This document shows, piece by piece, positions 7,775 through 16,229 of a stretch of 33,526 bases of DNA. The notes beneath the pieces are model-generated. The model searched no databases. It was not told the DNA's origin and worked only from the letters and a program-made list of their open reading frames with translations. The translations under genes were made by a program, and so were the position numbers. The DNA lies in IMG/VR virus record IMGVR_UViG_3300032162_000179, positions 1 through 33,526 of that record; one strand, written 5' to 3'. Numbering within the stretch: position 1 is the first letter of the stretch; every line of letters starts with the position of its first letter. The DNA comes from a virus. Taxonomy: Duplodnaviria > Caudoviricetes.

Positions 7775-8290
7775 ATGGCAGAGAGAACCTCGCAAGCGGA
7801 TCGGATCACAAGGGTCGAAGCACAAGTGGCAGAGTTGAAAGAAAACTATGCCTCCCAATTATGGGTGACGAACAAAGTCACGTCCATCGAAAGCGCGATG
7901 ACGGTGATGCGCTCGACGCTGGAAGAGATGGCGCGGCGTTTTGACACAACCACCACGCAGATGGCCGACCAGTTGAGAACAGTGTTTCGCACGCAGGACG
8001 AAATCTTGAAAGCCAAAGGCGAACAGGACAGACAACTGGTCGAAGCGCGCATCGAGCTTGAGCGAGCTCTAGGTAAGGCGCAGCTCAAAATTTTAGAAGA
8101 CAAAGCGGCGCAAGATAGAGAAGACCACGAACGCGAACGCACCGAGCGCGAGCAGATGCGCTGGTACAACCTCGTCAAAGATCGCTACGGGCCGCTCGTC
8201 GGCTTGCTCGGCGGCATTTGTTTGTTGATGAGTGCCGTCGGCGCAGGGGTGATGTGGTGGATTGTGACGGCGATGGCTGCGCACAAGTGA
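7775..8290 (+). CDS. Coiled-coil protein with C-terminal TM segment
   Basis: DRITRVEAQVAELKE coiled coil; LVGLLGGICLLMSAVGAGVMWWIV TM; common architecture in lysis cassettes. Confidence 0.7.
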   Translation: MAERTSQADRITRVEAQVAELKENYASQLWVTNKVTSIESAMTVMRSTLEEMARRFDTTTTQMADQLRTVFRTQDEILKAKGEQDRQLVEARIELERALGKAQLKILEDKAAQDREDHERERTEREQMRWYNLVKDRYGPLVGLLGGICLLMSAVGAGVMWWIVTAMAAHK

Positions 8291-8294
8291 ACAG

Positions 8295-8804
8295 ATGAAG
8301 CAACGCATTCTAATTGTCGAAGATTTCGAGCCGTCCGCCGAACTGCTCCGCGTTTGGTTGAGTAGTCTCGGCTTCGTTGTTGACGTTGCGCCGGGAGGCT
8401 GTGAAGCCCTCGCGCTGCACAAAGCGGCACGCGCCGAGCACCGCGATTACAGTGTGATTGTGCTCGACTTGGCGATGCCGGAGATGGGCGGCTTTGAGGT
8501 CGCTGAAAATATACGATTGACCGACACGGATATTGAAATCGCAATCTGGTCGGCAAACGTTGATTCGCTCGGCATCGCCCGTGCCGCGTTGCTCGGCATC
8601 ACGGAGATCATGCGCAAGCCGACTCCTCTGGAGCAGATAGAGTCCGCAATCAGGCGCTGCCTTGAGCGAAGTCGAGGGAATCTCGTGGATAAACAAAGTA
8701 AGTGTCCAAAATGTGAGCAAATCAATAAAGCGCAAACCGGCGAACATCCGTGCGAAGAATGCGGGTTGCCAATTCTTCATGATGAGAAAGTGAATGACAC
8801 CTAA
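8295..8804 (+). CDS. CheY-like response-regulator receiver with C-terminal Zn ribbon
   Basis: ILIVED, VIVLDLAMPEMGG, IWSA, RKP: all conserved receiver residues; CPKC-x13-CEEC at the C-terminus. Confidence 0.9.
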   Translation: MKQRILIVEDFEPSAELLRVWLSSLGFVVDVAPGGCEALALHKAARAEHRDYSVIVLDLAMPEMGGFEVAENIRLTDTDIEIAIWSANVDSLGIARAALLGITEIMRKPTPLEQIESAIRRCLERSRGNLVDKQSKCPKCEQINKAQTGEHPCEECGLPILHDEKVNDT

Positions 8805-9370
8805 TGCCGCGCCCGTATTCAACGGAAGCTATAGAAGAATGCCAACGCCTCTATTTGCGCTTCAACGGCCAGCACCATGATCGCATCGAGCGGCAGATGC
8901 GCCGGACATGGCCGGGCTGGTCAAAGCAGAATTTGTACACGCGCGGCGCGGGCGCGAACAAGAAAATCGGGTGGATTGAAAAATACGGATGGGAAAAGTC
9001 GCTGAAGCTGCATCTGGCGAGCCGTCCCGAAGCAACGCTCACATCTGCCGAAAAAGTCTTCAATGAGATCGAAGAGATCAGACAGAAGATTTACGAGCAG
9101 ATTAAAACTGTCGGGCCGACAGACCGCGATCTTATTTACCAGCACCGCGATTACAGCAAGCTGTCAATCGACGCGCTGAACAAGATAACCGGCGCAGGCC
9201 ATACCTTTGAAAACTTTGTGGCGATGTGGGAACGCCTGCTTGATTGGCTGCCGGACATTGATGAGCGCGCGGCCACCGCGCTTTTGAAAGTCGCCGATCA
9301 GGTAATCGAAAAGGCTTCTGCTGAATATGGCAAACAGGAAACCAACAGCAGCGGAAGCGCAGGTCGGTAG
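8804..9370 (+). CDS. Terminase small subunit (putative)
   Basis: N-terminal HTH-like segment, WIEKYGWEK, helical remainder; overlaps the large terminase. Confidence 0.65.
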   Translation: MPRPYSTEAIEECQRLYLRFNGQHHDRIERQMRRTWPGWSKQNLYTRGAGANKKIGWIEKYGWEKSLKLHLASRPEATLTSAEKVFNEIEEIRQKIYEQIKTVGPTDRDLIYQHRDYSKLSIDALNKITGAGHTFENFVAMWERLLDWLPDIDERAATALLKVADQVIEKASAEYGKQETNSSGSAGR

Positions 9371-11135
9371 AGCAAAGGCGGCGACGGAACGCGCCCGCGC
9401 CCGGCTCTCTACCCAAACGGGAACAGCGGACGAAATTGATATTACGCGCGCCTCGCTTTCATGGTGGCGCGCGCGATGGGCGGATCAAGCTATCCGCCGA
9501 CTGTTCATTGAAAACTTCATCTGGATACGAGATGCGTTCGATGAGAACAAGCTGACGCTCTTGAAGTTCAACGATTTTCAGGCAGACCTTCACCAGAAAG
9601 TTACAGGCCGCGACGCCATTGTTAAGTTCCGGCGCGGCGGCTCATCTACTTATTGGAAAGCTGCTGACTTCGCTGACGCTGTTGTGCTCGAAGGCTGCAA
9701 CGTGCGCGTTGTGCCGCAAGACCCTGACACTGAAGAAGGATTTCGCGCCGACATTAAGACGATGTACGAAAACCTGCCCGACCATTTGCGACCCGGCGTG
9801 CGGCAATGGACGGATCGATTGATCTGGTTCACCAATGACAGCCGGATCGTCACGGCGACGGTGCAGCCCGGACATGAACAAAAAGGGCGTGGTCAAACAA
9901 TCAGTCGATTGTTTCTCACTGAAGTTCCGTTCTGGCGCGGCAATCAACGCAAAGCAGCAACCGCTTTGATCGAAGCGACGGCGGGCGGGCAGGTCGCGGT
10001 CGAAAGCACACCATTCGGCATCGAGTGGTTTCATTCGATTTATCAGGACGGTAAGACGAACAAAGGCGGCTGGACTTCGCACTTCTACGAATGGTGGTGG
10101 AAACGCGAATACAGAATCGAAGGCGCGCAGATAGCGCGCGTCGAAAAGTCTTGGGTGTTAGTACAGCCCGGACAATCAATCGAAGACTTTTCTTTTCCGG
10201 CAGAAGGCAGCGGTTCGGAGAAAATCACAGCGTACAAGCAATTGCTCAATCAAGTTCTGTCTGTGGCCGAGCGCGTCGTCGCCGTTAAGGTTTTACGCCA
10301 CTTACTCAAACTCGGTTATGTGCCTGCGCGCACAAAATGGTTCGCGCCGGAAGTCGCGGCTTACATTGCATGGCGCAGAGGCAAGATCGGAGAGTTGCCC
10401 GGCGGCGAACAACAGTTCCAAGTCGAGTATCCCGAAAACGATCAGGATTGCTTCGAGCAAACAGGCCGTCCGGTTGTGAAGGCCGAGTATTTGAAAACAA
10501 CCTGCGAGCCTTCGGACGCAGTGTTAGGACGCGAATACGCAATCGGCTGCGATACGAGCTTGGGACTTGAGAGCGGCGATCCGGCGGCAATTGAAATCAT
10601 TGAGGTGCATACCGGACGCCAAGTGTACGAAGAAACGTTAAAGCGCCAGCCGGACTTGCTGGCTGATCGTCTTGCGGAACTCTCTGATCTTTATAACGGC
10701 GCGCTGCTCGTCGTTGAACGCAACGGCCCCGGCATCGCGACAGTCAGGAAGCTGCTTGAAATGGGCTATGAAGATCGCGTTTACCGTCATCTCGATGCGC
10801 GGCTGCGGCGAGCGGTTGAAGACAATCGATTGACGCTCGATGAAGCAATGGAGCAGGCGCAGCATGGTTTCCCGACCAGCACGGAAACAAAGCCGCTTGC
10901 GGCGATGGAGTTAGAGCGCGGACTGCGCACCGGCGCACTCGGTCTTTCAAGTCAGGCGTTCTGCGATGAAGCGAGAACGGTGGTGTGGTTTGACAACGGA
11001 AGTTACGGCGCGCTGCCGGGCTATCACGACGACAGATTTATGGCGCTCGCGATTGTCTGGCTGGTAGTGCGAACAACCGTCGGCATGTTCACAGGATTTG
11101 TGGGCTGCCTGCCCGAGTCAGGATACGCCCGTTAG
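9327..11135 (+). CDS. terL: Terminase large subunit
   Basis: IVKFRRGGSST (Walker A), GRGQTI, LFLTE (Walker B), VESTP, IGCD, VERNGPG and HDDRFMALAI nuclease motifs. Confidence 0.92.
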   Translation: MANRKPTAAEAQVGRAKAATERARARLSTQTGTADEIDITRASLSWWRARWADQAIRRLFIENFIWIRDAFDENKLTLLKFNDFQADLHQKVTGRDAIVKFRRGGSSTYWKAADFADAVVLEGCNVRVVPQDPDTEEGFRADIKTMYENLPDHLRPGVRQWTDRLIWFTNDSRIVTATVQPGHEQKGRGQTISRLFLTEVPFWRGNQRKAATALIEATAGGQVAVESTPFGIEWFHSIYQDGKTNKGGWTSHFYEWWWKREYRIEGAQIARVEKSWVLVQPGQSIEDFSFPAEGSGSEKITAYKQLLNQVLSVAERVVAVKVLRHLLKLGYVPARTKWFAPEVAAYIAWRRGKIGELPGGEQQFQVEYPENDQDCFEQTGRPVVKAEYLKTTCEPSDAVLGREYAIGCDTSLGLESGDPAAIEIIEVHTGRQVYEETLKRQPDLLADRLAELSDLYNGALLVVERNGPGIATVRKLLEMGYEDRVYRHLDARLRRAVEDNRLTLDEAMEQAQHGFPTSTETKPLAAMELERGLRTGALGLSSQAFCDEARTVVWFDNGSYGALPGYHDDRFMALAIVWLVVRTTVGMFTGFVGCLPESGYAR

Positions 11136-11351
11136 GGTGTCCCTAAGCGTCTCTGTGGCCTGTCAGTCGAGACGTAGGTAGCCGAAGCGGGGCGTTTCGG
11201 TAGAGGTCAAATAAACGCGAAGTTTGAGGGAATTGAAACGGGCTATGAGTCAGCATTCAATCTCGAATGGTCTCCGCCCAACGAAAGGCAACGACGTGGT
11301 TGCAGGGCGCGCGATGTAGGGGCTGGCGCGCGCAGTAATCATTCAATGCCA

Positions 11352-11390
11352 AATCCGCTTCGACTGGCGCGAGGCTAATCGAAGCGGATT
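11352..11390. other. Long hairpin AATCCGCTTCGA...TCGAAGCGGATT in the terL-portal gap
   Basis: Perfect 12-bp inverted repeat; no U-tract on the plus strand. Confidence 0.8.
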
Positions 11391-11433
11391 ACAAAACTGA
11401 TCCACGATTTTAACGGGTAGACACACGAGAGAG

Positions 11434-12933
11434 ATGAGCATTTTAGAGCGATTAAAATTTGCATGGGCAAGCCTATTTACAATAGGCGGCAATGAATTGC
11501 CCGAAGGCGGACGCTCGTCGCAGGAAAATGTTGGCGGCAGTTTCTCGAACTATCTTTCGCGTTACGGCTCTGTATCACCCGTCATCAACTTCGAGATGCT
11601 GGCGGCGCTCAAAAATCTTTATTTGTACAACCCGGATGTGAGCCAGTACGTGACGAACATCGTCAATCTCGGCAACACGGGACACAAACTGCAAATCGCC
11701 GCCCAATCTTCAACTGCTGAAGCTGCCGTCGCGCGACTTAATGAAGCAGCGACGCGCATCTATCTGCACGGCGCGGGCGTGGACGGTTTGATAAATCAAT
11801 ACCTGACGCAGATCGCGTGGTCAGGCGCATTGTCCAGTGAAGACGTTGTGAATTTCGGTGGACGGCGCGTTGAAAAGGTCGTCATGGTTCCGGTTGAATC
11901 AATCAGGTTTCGCTATTTAGACGGCGAGTATAAGCCGTTTCAAAAAACGAATCGCTTTGACCGTAAAGCGTCTGCCGGAGATTCACCGGGATTGATACCG
12001 CTGAATCCGTTTACATATCAATATCTCGCTCTCTCGACAATTGAAAATTCGCCATACGCAAAGCCGCCCGGGAGCGCCGCCGTCGAAGCCATCATTGACG
12101 TTCAAAAGCCGATTCTGGATAACGTCAAATACATCGCCAAGAAACTGGGCATTTTAGGACTCGTGACCGCGCTCGTAACTGCGCCGCCCAAACGTCCGGG
12201 TGAAACAGATGACGAACATCAAAGTCGAGCGAAGAAATATCTGGCAGCCGTCCGCGATTCGCTGACGGGAAACTTCAGCAACGGGCTGCTCGTCGCTTAC
12301 CGCGACTACAAATTCGAGCATACGAATGTCTCGGCTGGAGCGCAGGGCGCATACGACATCAACCGGATGTCCGAAGAACAAGTGATGTCGGGCTTGGGAA
12401 TGCAGCCTGCCTTCTTCGGTCGAACGGATAGCACAACGGAAACATACGCTGATGTCGTTTACAACCTGCTGCTCGCGCTCGTTTTCAATATGGTGCGACT
12501 GGCGAAACGGCGACAAGAGCAGACATATCGTCTTGATTTGCGGCTCGCGGCAATCGAAATCGACAGCGTGTCTTTAGCTTTCAACAAAGCGCACTCGCGC
12601 GATCCGTTGAAAGAAGCGCAAGCCGATGAGTCGCGCGTCCGCACGGTGCTTTTGAAAGTCGAAAAAGGCGTCATCTCGCCGGACGATGGAGCGCAAGAAC
12701 TAGGATACGAATCTGCTTACGACCCGGAATTGATGACAGCAAATCCGAGTTTGGCGAGCGCGCTGCAAGCCGTCAGTTTTTCGCCCGATATGAAGCCGAC
12801 AAAAATTCTCAATTTGCGTTTCAACCGTGAATCGCAAAAGTACGTTTACGTGCCGGATGTAATTACGCTCGGTGCAGGCAATGACAAACTTAGTGGTTCG
12901 ACTTCAATCGAATCACTAAAAAAAAACAATTAA
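11434..12933 (+). CDS. Portal protein
   Basis: 499 aa after terL; SPYAKPP...A, EQVMSGLGMQPAFFG and GVISPDDGAQELGY are portal-like motifs. Confidence 0.85.
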   Translation: MSILERLKFAWASLFTIGGNELPEGGRSSQENVGGSFSNYLSRYGSVSPVINFEMLAALKNLYLYNPDVSQYVTNIVNLGNTGHKLQIAAQSSTAEAAVARLNEAATRIYLHGAGVDGLINQYLTQIAWSGALSSEDVVNFGGRRVEKVVMVPVESIRFRYLDGEYKPFQKTNRFDRKASAGDSPGLIPLNPFTYQYLALSTIENSPYAKPPGSAAVEAIIDVQKPILDNVKYIAKKLGILGLVTALVTAPPKRPGETDDEHQSRAKKYLAAVRDSLTGNFSNGLLVAYRDYKFEHTNVSAGAQGAYDINRMSEEQVMSGLGMQPAFFGRTDSTTETYADVVYNLLLALVFNMVRLAKRRQEQTYRLDLRLAAIEIDSVSLAFNKAHSRDPLKEAQADESRVRTVLLKVEKGVISPDDGAQELGYESAYDPELMTANPSLASALQAVSFSPDMKPTKILNLRFNRESQKYVYVPDVITLGAGNDKLSGSTSIESLKKNN

Positions 12934-13874
12934 CGGAGGCACAAATAGATGAAATTCTCGACCGGTTTATCGAACAGTATCAAGGCGGCGTCGCTCGTTA
13001 TGGCGCTAATGCTGTCAATCTGTTGCTCGAACGTCTTCGCAGATTCCTGCGCGAAAGCAAATACGACGACTTCAAAAGTGAAAGCGACTTTGCCGAGCGA
13101 GCGTTCGGCGCACTCGGCGACGAGCTTCGCGCCGCTTGGTCGAGCGCAAGCGCAATCAATGCAATCAATCGCGCAACAAAATCAATCTACCGATTTTACC
13201 GGCTCAAAGACCCGACGCCTTTCGGCGACAAATCTCCCGTCAGATTACGGTTCGGCGGCCCGGACACCCGGTCAGTCAAATTCTTCGGCGAACTCGACCA
13301 TTTTTACTTTTCAAAATTTGCGCCGAACAAATCCGACGAACTCAAATCCTTTTTACGAGAACGCTATCTCGAAAACGGTTCAAAGCTTTTCGGCCAGCGA
13401 ACGCCCGAAGAACTCAATGACTTCCGTCAAGCTGCCGGAGACAAACTTAAAAATCTCTCAGACCGGTCAATCGAAACAATTATTCATACGAGCGTTCAAC
13501 GAATCAGAAGTTGGGGGCATGTCGGCTCAATGGCGCAAGCTCGAATTAAGTTGGCGCGCATCGTTGCCATTCTCGACAAACGCACCAGCGACATTTGCCG
13601 CGAACTCGATGGCAAGATCATTCGCATTGGAACTGCGCAGGCCGCCATTGAACGCCTCAACGCACTCGAACCCGGCGACTTCGCTGTGCAGATGTATGAA
13701 TCGAATATGGGTAAGGCGATTTCAAGAGACCCCGTCAACTTCATAAAGGGATTTATCGAAGAAGACGGGAAAACTATTTCAGATGATTTGGTGACAACTG
13801 GGCGAGCCGTACCACCTTTTCATCCCAGATGCAGGTCGCGTCTAGCCGCTGTGATTGCGGGAAGCAAGTCTTGA
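12924..13874 (+). CDS. MuF/SPP1 gp7-like head morphogenesis protein; no good start, probably reached by -1 shift from portal
   Basis: AILDKRTSDICRELDG and PPFHPRCRS are MuF signatures; the frame is open from 12894 and reads as natural protein from the A9 run onward. Confidence 0.85.
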   Translation, partial: KQLTEAQIDEILDRFIEQYQGGVARYGANAVNLLLERLRRFLRESKYDDFKSESDFAERAFGALGDELRAAWSSASAINAINRATKSIYRFYRLKDPTPFGDKSPVRLRFGGPDTRSVKFFGELDHFYFSKFAPNKSDELKSFLRERYLENGSKLFGQRTPEELNDFRQAAGDKLKNLSDRSIETIIHTSVQRIRSWGHVGSMAQARIKLARIVAILDKRTSDICRELDGKIIRIGTAQAAIERLNALEPGDFAVQMYESNMGKAISRDPVNFIKGFIEEDGKTISDDLVTTGRAVPPFHPRCRSRLAAVIAGSKS

Positions 13875-14528
13875 AAATTCGTGAGGAAGTTTAACTGACT
13901 TGCGTAGGTTGCAAGAAGCGCAAAGGACTTGCAGGTTTTTTGCCCAATTAGTGCCGCCTCTGGATAAAGGAACGACATGGTCAACGTGGAAAACATTATT
14001 CAAATCCACTTCGCAATAAGCACATTTGCCTTCTTGCTTTTTGTAGAGAGATTTAATGTCTTCGGCAGTGTGGAAACCTTCAGCGTTTCTTTCTCTGGCG
14101 CGACGGCGATGCTTGTTAGTTTTGTTTTGGGCTTTGTATTCGATGGTTTTTCGATACTCCGCAAGACAAGATTGGCAAACTCCATAATAACCATCTGCAC
14201 AGCCAGCGTGTTTTCTGAAATTGTCAATCGGTTTAACCGTTTGACAACCGCTACATCTTTTCTCAGTTCTACTGATGTAGCTCCCTTCAGTCCTACGCTT
14301 GTCGCGTTGAGTTTTCATTCTTTGCTGGATTTTTTCTTTATCGCGGGCATAACGCTTTTGCCACTTTCTTTGTGCGGTTTCAGGATGTCGTTTAGCAGAC
14401 TCGGCAAGTGCATTTCGGAGGCAAGGCTTGCATCGCGGATTCAAGCCATCATAGCGAGAACGGTCAACACCAAATTCAAAAACAGGTTTGGCTTGTTCAC
14501 ACTTCCAGCAAAGTTTGAATCGTTCCAT
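13842..14528 (-). CDS. HNH endonuclease with two N-terminal Zn-finger repeats
   Basis: CAYC...HVDHVVPLSRGGTN...NLQVLCASCNLRK; two KxCxxC...CxxC repeats; AT-rich and antisense to the late operon. Confidence 0.92.
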   Translation of the reverse strand: MERFKLCWKCEQAKPVFEFGVDRSRYDGLNPRCKPCLRNALAESAKRHPETAQRKWQKRYARDKEKIQQRMKTQRDKRRTEGSYISRTEKRCSGCQTVKPIDNFRKHAGCADGYYGVCQSCLAEYRKTIEYKAQNKTNKHRRRARERNAEGFHTAEDIKSLYKKQEGKCAYCEVDLNNVFHVDHVVPLSRGGTNWAKNLQVLCASCNLRKSVKLPHEFSRLASRNHSG

Positions 14529-14556
14529 AACAATCAAATTTTAGCATAGGAAAGAA

Positions 14557-15786
14557 ATGAAACACGGAATCATCATGCTCGGCGCGAACCGCGCGAAGAT
14601 AAATTTATTGGCACACATCCCGGCGCACGCACCCGACGAAAAATCGGCGAAAGCTCTAAGTAATGCGTCGCTCTGGTTCTTTGAAGGTAAGCACGGAAAA
14701 GCGCAAGCCAACGTGCAGGTGCCGACGGGCAAACTCGAATTAACCGAAGACCGCTACGTTTACAAAGACTTTCGCGCGATCTCGCAAATCTTTCTCTCGA
14801 ATCGCGGGCTGGATTTTTCACGTCCGGGCGTTCTCGAAGCAGCGGTCGATATGCTGAAAGGCAAAACGATTTACGCCAACCATGATTTCAGCGACATCGA
14901 CAACTGGCGCGGCGTGATCGCTGATTCGTTCTGGGACAAGGAAGGCAAAGATGCTGGCGGCGTTCCCGGCATAAATGTCACGACAAAGGTGGATGCGTTT
15001 CTAAATTACAGAACCGCGTGCGGCTTGATGATGACTCCGCCCGCTATCAATTCAGCCAGCGTAACAGTCGTGACCGAAGTCGAGTTCTCGCACCTTGATC
15101 TAGTCAAAGACGGCACGTTCTGGGAAAAGTTTTTAGAAGAAGCTGACGGCGAGATTGTGCGGCTGATCGTCACGCGCGTTATCGAGTTTTGGGAGATGAG
15201 CCTTGTCTTTATGGGCGAAGACCGTCTGGCGAAGAATTTGCCGTCCGATGAAGCGGACGATGCTCAAACGACCGACGAAAACTTACAGGCTGAAGCAACA
15301 CGCGCGCGTCACTTAGCCGCGTCAAAACTAAATGCAACGGAGAAGAAAATGAAAGTAACTCAGGAACAAAAAAACTTGCTCGGCATCACTGCCGAAGGCG
15401 ACGACGTGCCGGAGCAAAATGTTTTGGACGCGGCATTGTCATTCGCCACAAAAGCGAAAGATGTTGATCCGATCAAAATCGCAGAATTATCGGCTGCCGC
15501 CAAACAAGGCGAAACGCTGCTCGGTGAAAAGCGCAGGGAAGTAACGCGCCTCGCAACGTTATCCGAACTCGGATCGGAAGAAGGCACACTCAACGAAGTC
15601 CTTGCCGGGACAATCAACAAAGCGACGGCTGAAGAACTCGTCAATCTCGAAACCTACTATCGCGGCAAAGTGGGACACAAACTCGGCGTCGGTCGCAGTT
15701 CGATGGAGAACAGCGACGAAGTAGAAGCGGCAGGCGGCGTGAAGAACAGCGCGCAGCCATTCGTGTCAACTGGCGGGCTGGTCTAA
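14557..15786 (+). CDS. Prohead protease/scaffold protein
   Basis: Position between MuF and capsid; ANHD, SASV and WEMSLV protease-like motifs; acidic linker then helical C-terminus. Confidence 0.7.
   Translation: MKHGIIMLGANRAKINLLAHIPAHAPDEKSAKALSNASLWFFEGKHGKAQANVQVPTGKLELTEDRYVYKDFRAISQIFLSNRGLDFSRPGVLEAAVDMLKGKTIYANHDFSDIDNWRGVIADSFWDKEGKDAGGVPGINVTTKVDAFLNYRTACGLMMTPPAINSASVTVVTEVEFSHLDLVKDGTFWEKFLEEADGEIVRLIVTRVIEFWEMSLVFMGEDRLAKNLPSDEADDAQTTDENLQAEATRARHLAASKLNATEKKMKVTQEQKNLLGITAEGDDVPEQNVLDAALSFATKAKDVDPIKIAELSAAAKQGETLLGEKRREVTRLATLSELGSEEGTLNEVLAGTINKATAEELVNLETYYRGKVGHKLGVGRSSMENSDEVEAAGGVKNSAQPFVSTGGLV
15349..15786 (+). CDS. Nested in-frame scaffold protein (internal start)
   Basis: GGAG-aagaaa-ATG in frame within the protease, after the linker (MKVTQEQKNLLG...), as for Mu I/Z and lambda C/Nu3. 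Confidence 0.6.
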   Translation: MKVTQEQKNLLGITAEGDDVPEQNVLDAALSFATKAKDVDPIKIAELSAAAKQGETLLGEKRREVTRLATLSELGSEEGTLNEVLAGTINKATAEELVNLETYYRGKVGHKLGVGRSSMENSDEVEAAGGVKNSAQPFVSTGGLV

Positions 15787-15815
15787 CACAAACACCATAA
15801 GGAGCGAGAAATAAA

Positions 15816-16205
15816 ATGAAACTCAGAGCGCAGGTAGAAGGTTTGGCCGTCATCGCCATCATCGCGGTCGCCAATCTAGCGAAAGATACGTTGATGGCGA
15901 TTACCGGAAACAGAACGATTGATAAGGCCGGAGCGAACGCGACGGTCATCGGGCGACTCGTCGTTCCGTCACGAACAGCGGGCGGGCAAGGAACCGTCGA
16001 AACCCGATTCAAGGAATTTGTCGAGATCAAAGCGGCAGCCAATCTGACCGCCGGTCAACTGGTCAAACTAGCGGCGGTGGACGGGACAACGGGCGAAAAT
16101 CGCGCGGATGCTTGGGTGAGCGGCACGGACGGTGTCGAGCGGCTCTACGGCGTAGTGTGGAACGGCGCGGCGGCAGGCGGCACGGCGGAAATCCTGACTT
16201 ACTAA
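15816..16205 (+). CDS. Capsid decoration/cement protein (putative)
   Basis: 129 aa, Ala/Gly/beta-rich, directly before the capsid gene; AAGGAG SD. Confidence 0.65.
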   Translation: MKLRAQVEGLAVIAIIAVANLAKDTLMAITGNRTIDKAGANATVIGRLVVPSRTAGGQGTVETRFKEFVEIKAAANLTAGQLVKLAAVDGTTGENRADAWVSGTDGVERLYGVVWNGAAAGGTAEILTY

Positions 16206-16229
16206 AAGTCAATTATTGAAGGAGAAAAA

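Noticed and set aside
13023-14537. MuF polymorphic toxin with immunity gene
   Set aside because: MuF ends just after the HPRCRS motif with no toxin extension, and the HNH is a separate gene on the opposite strand.
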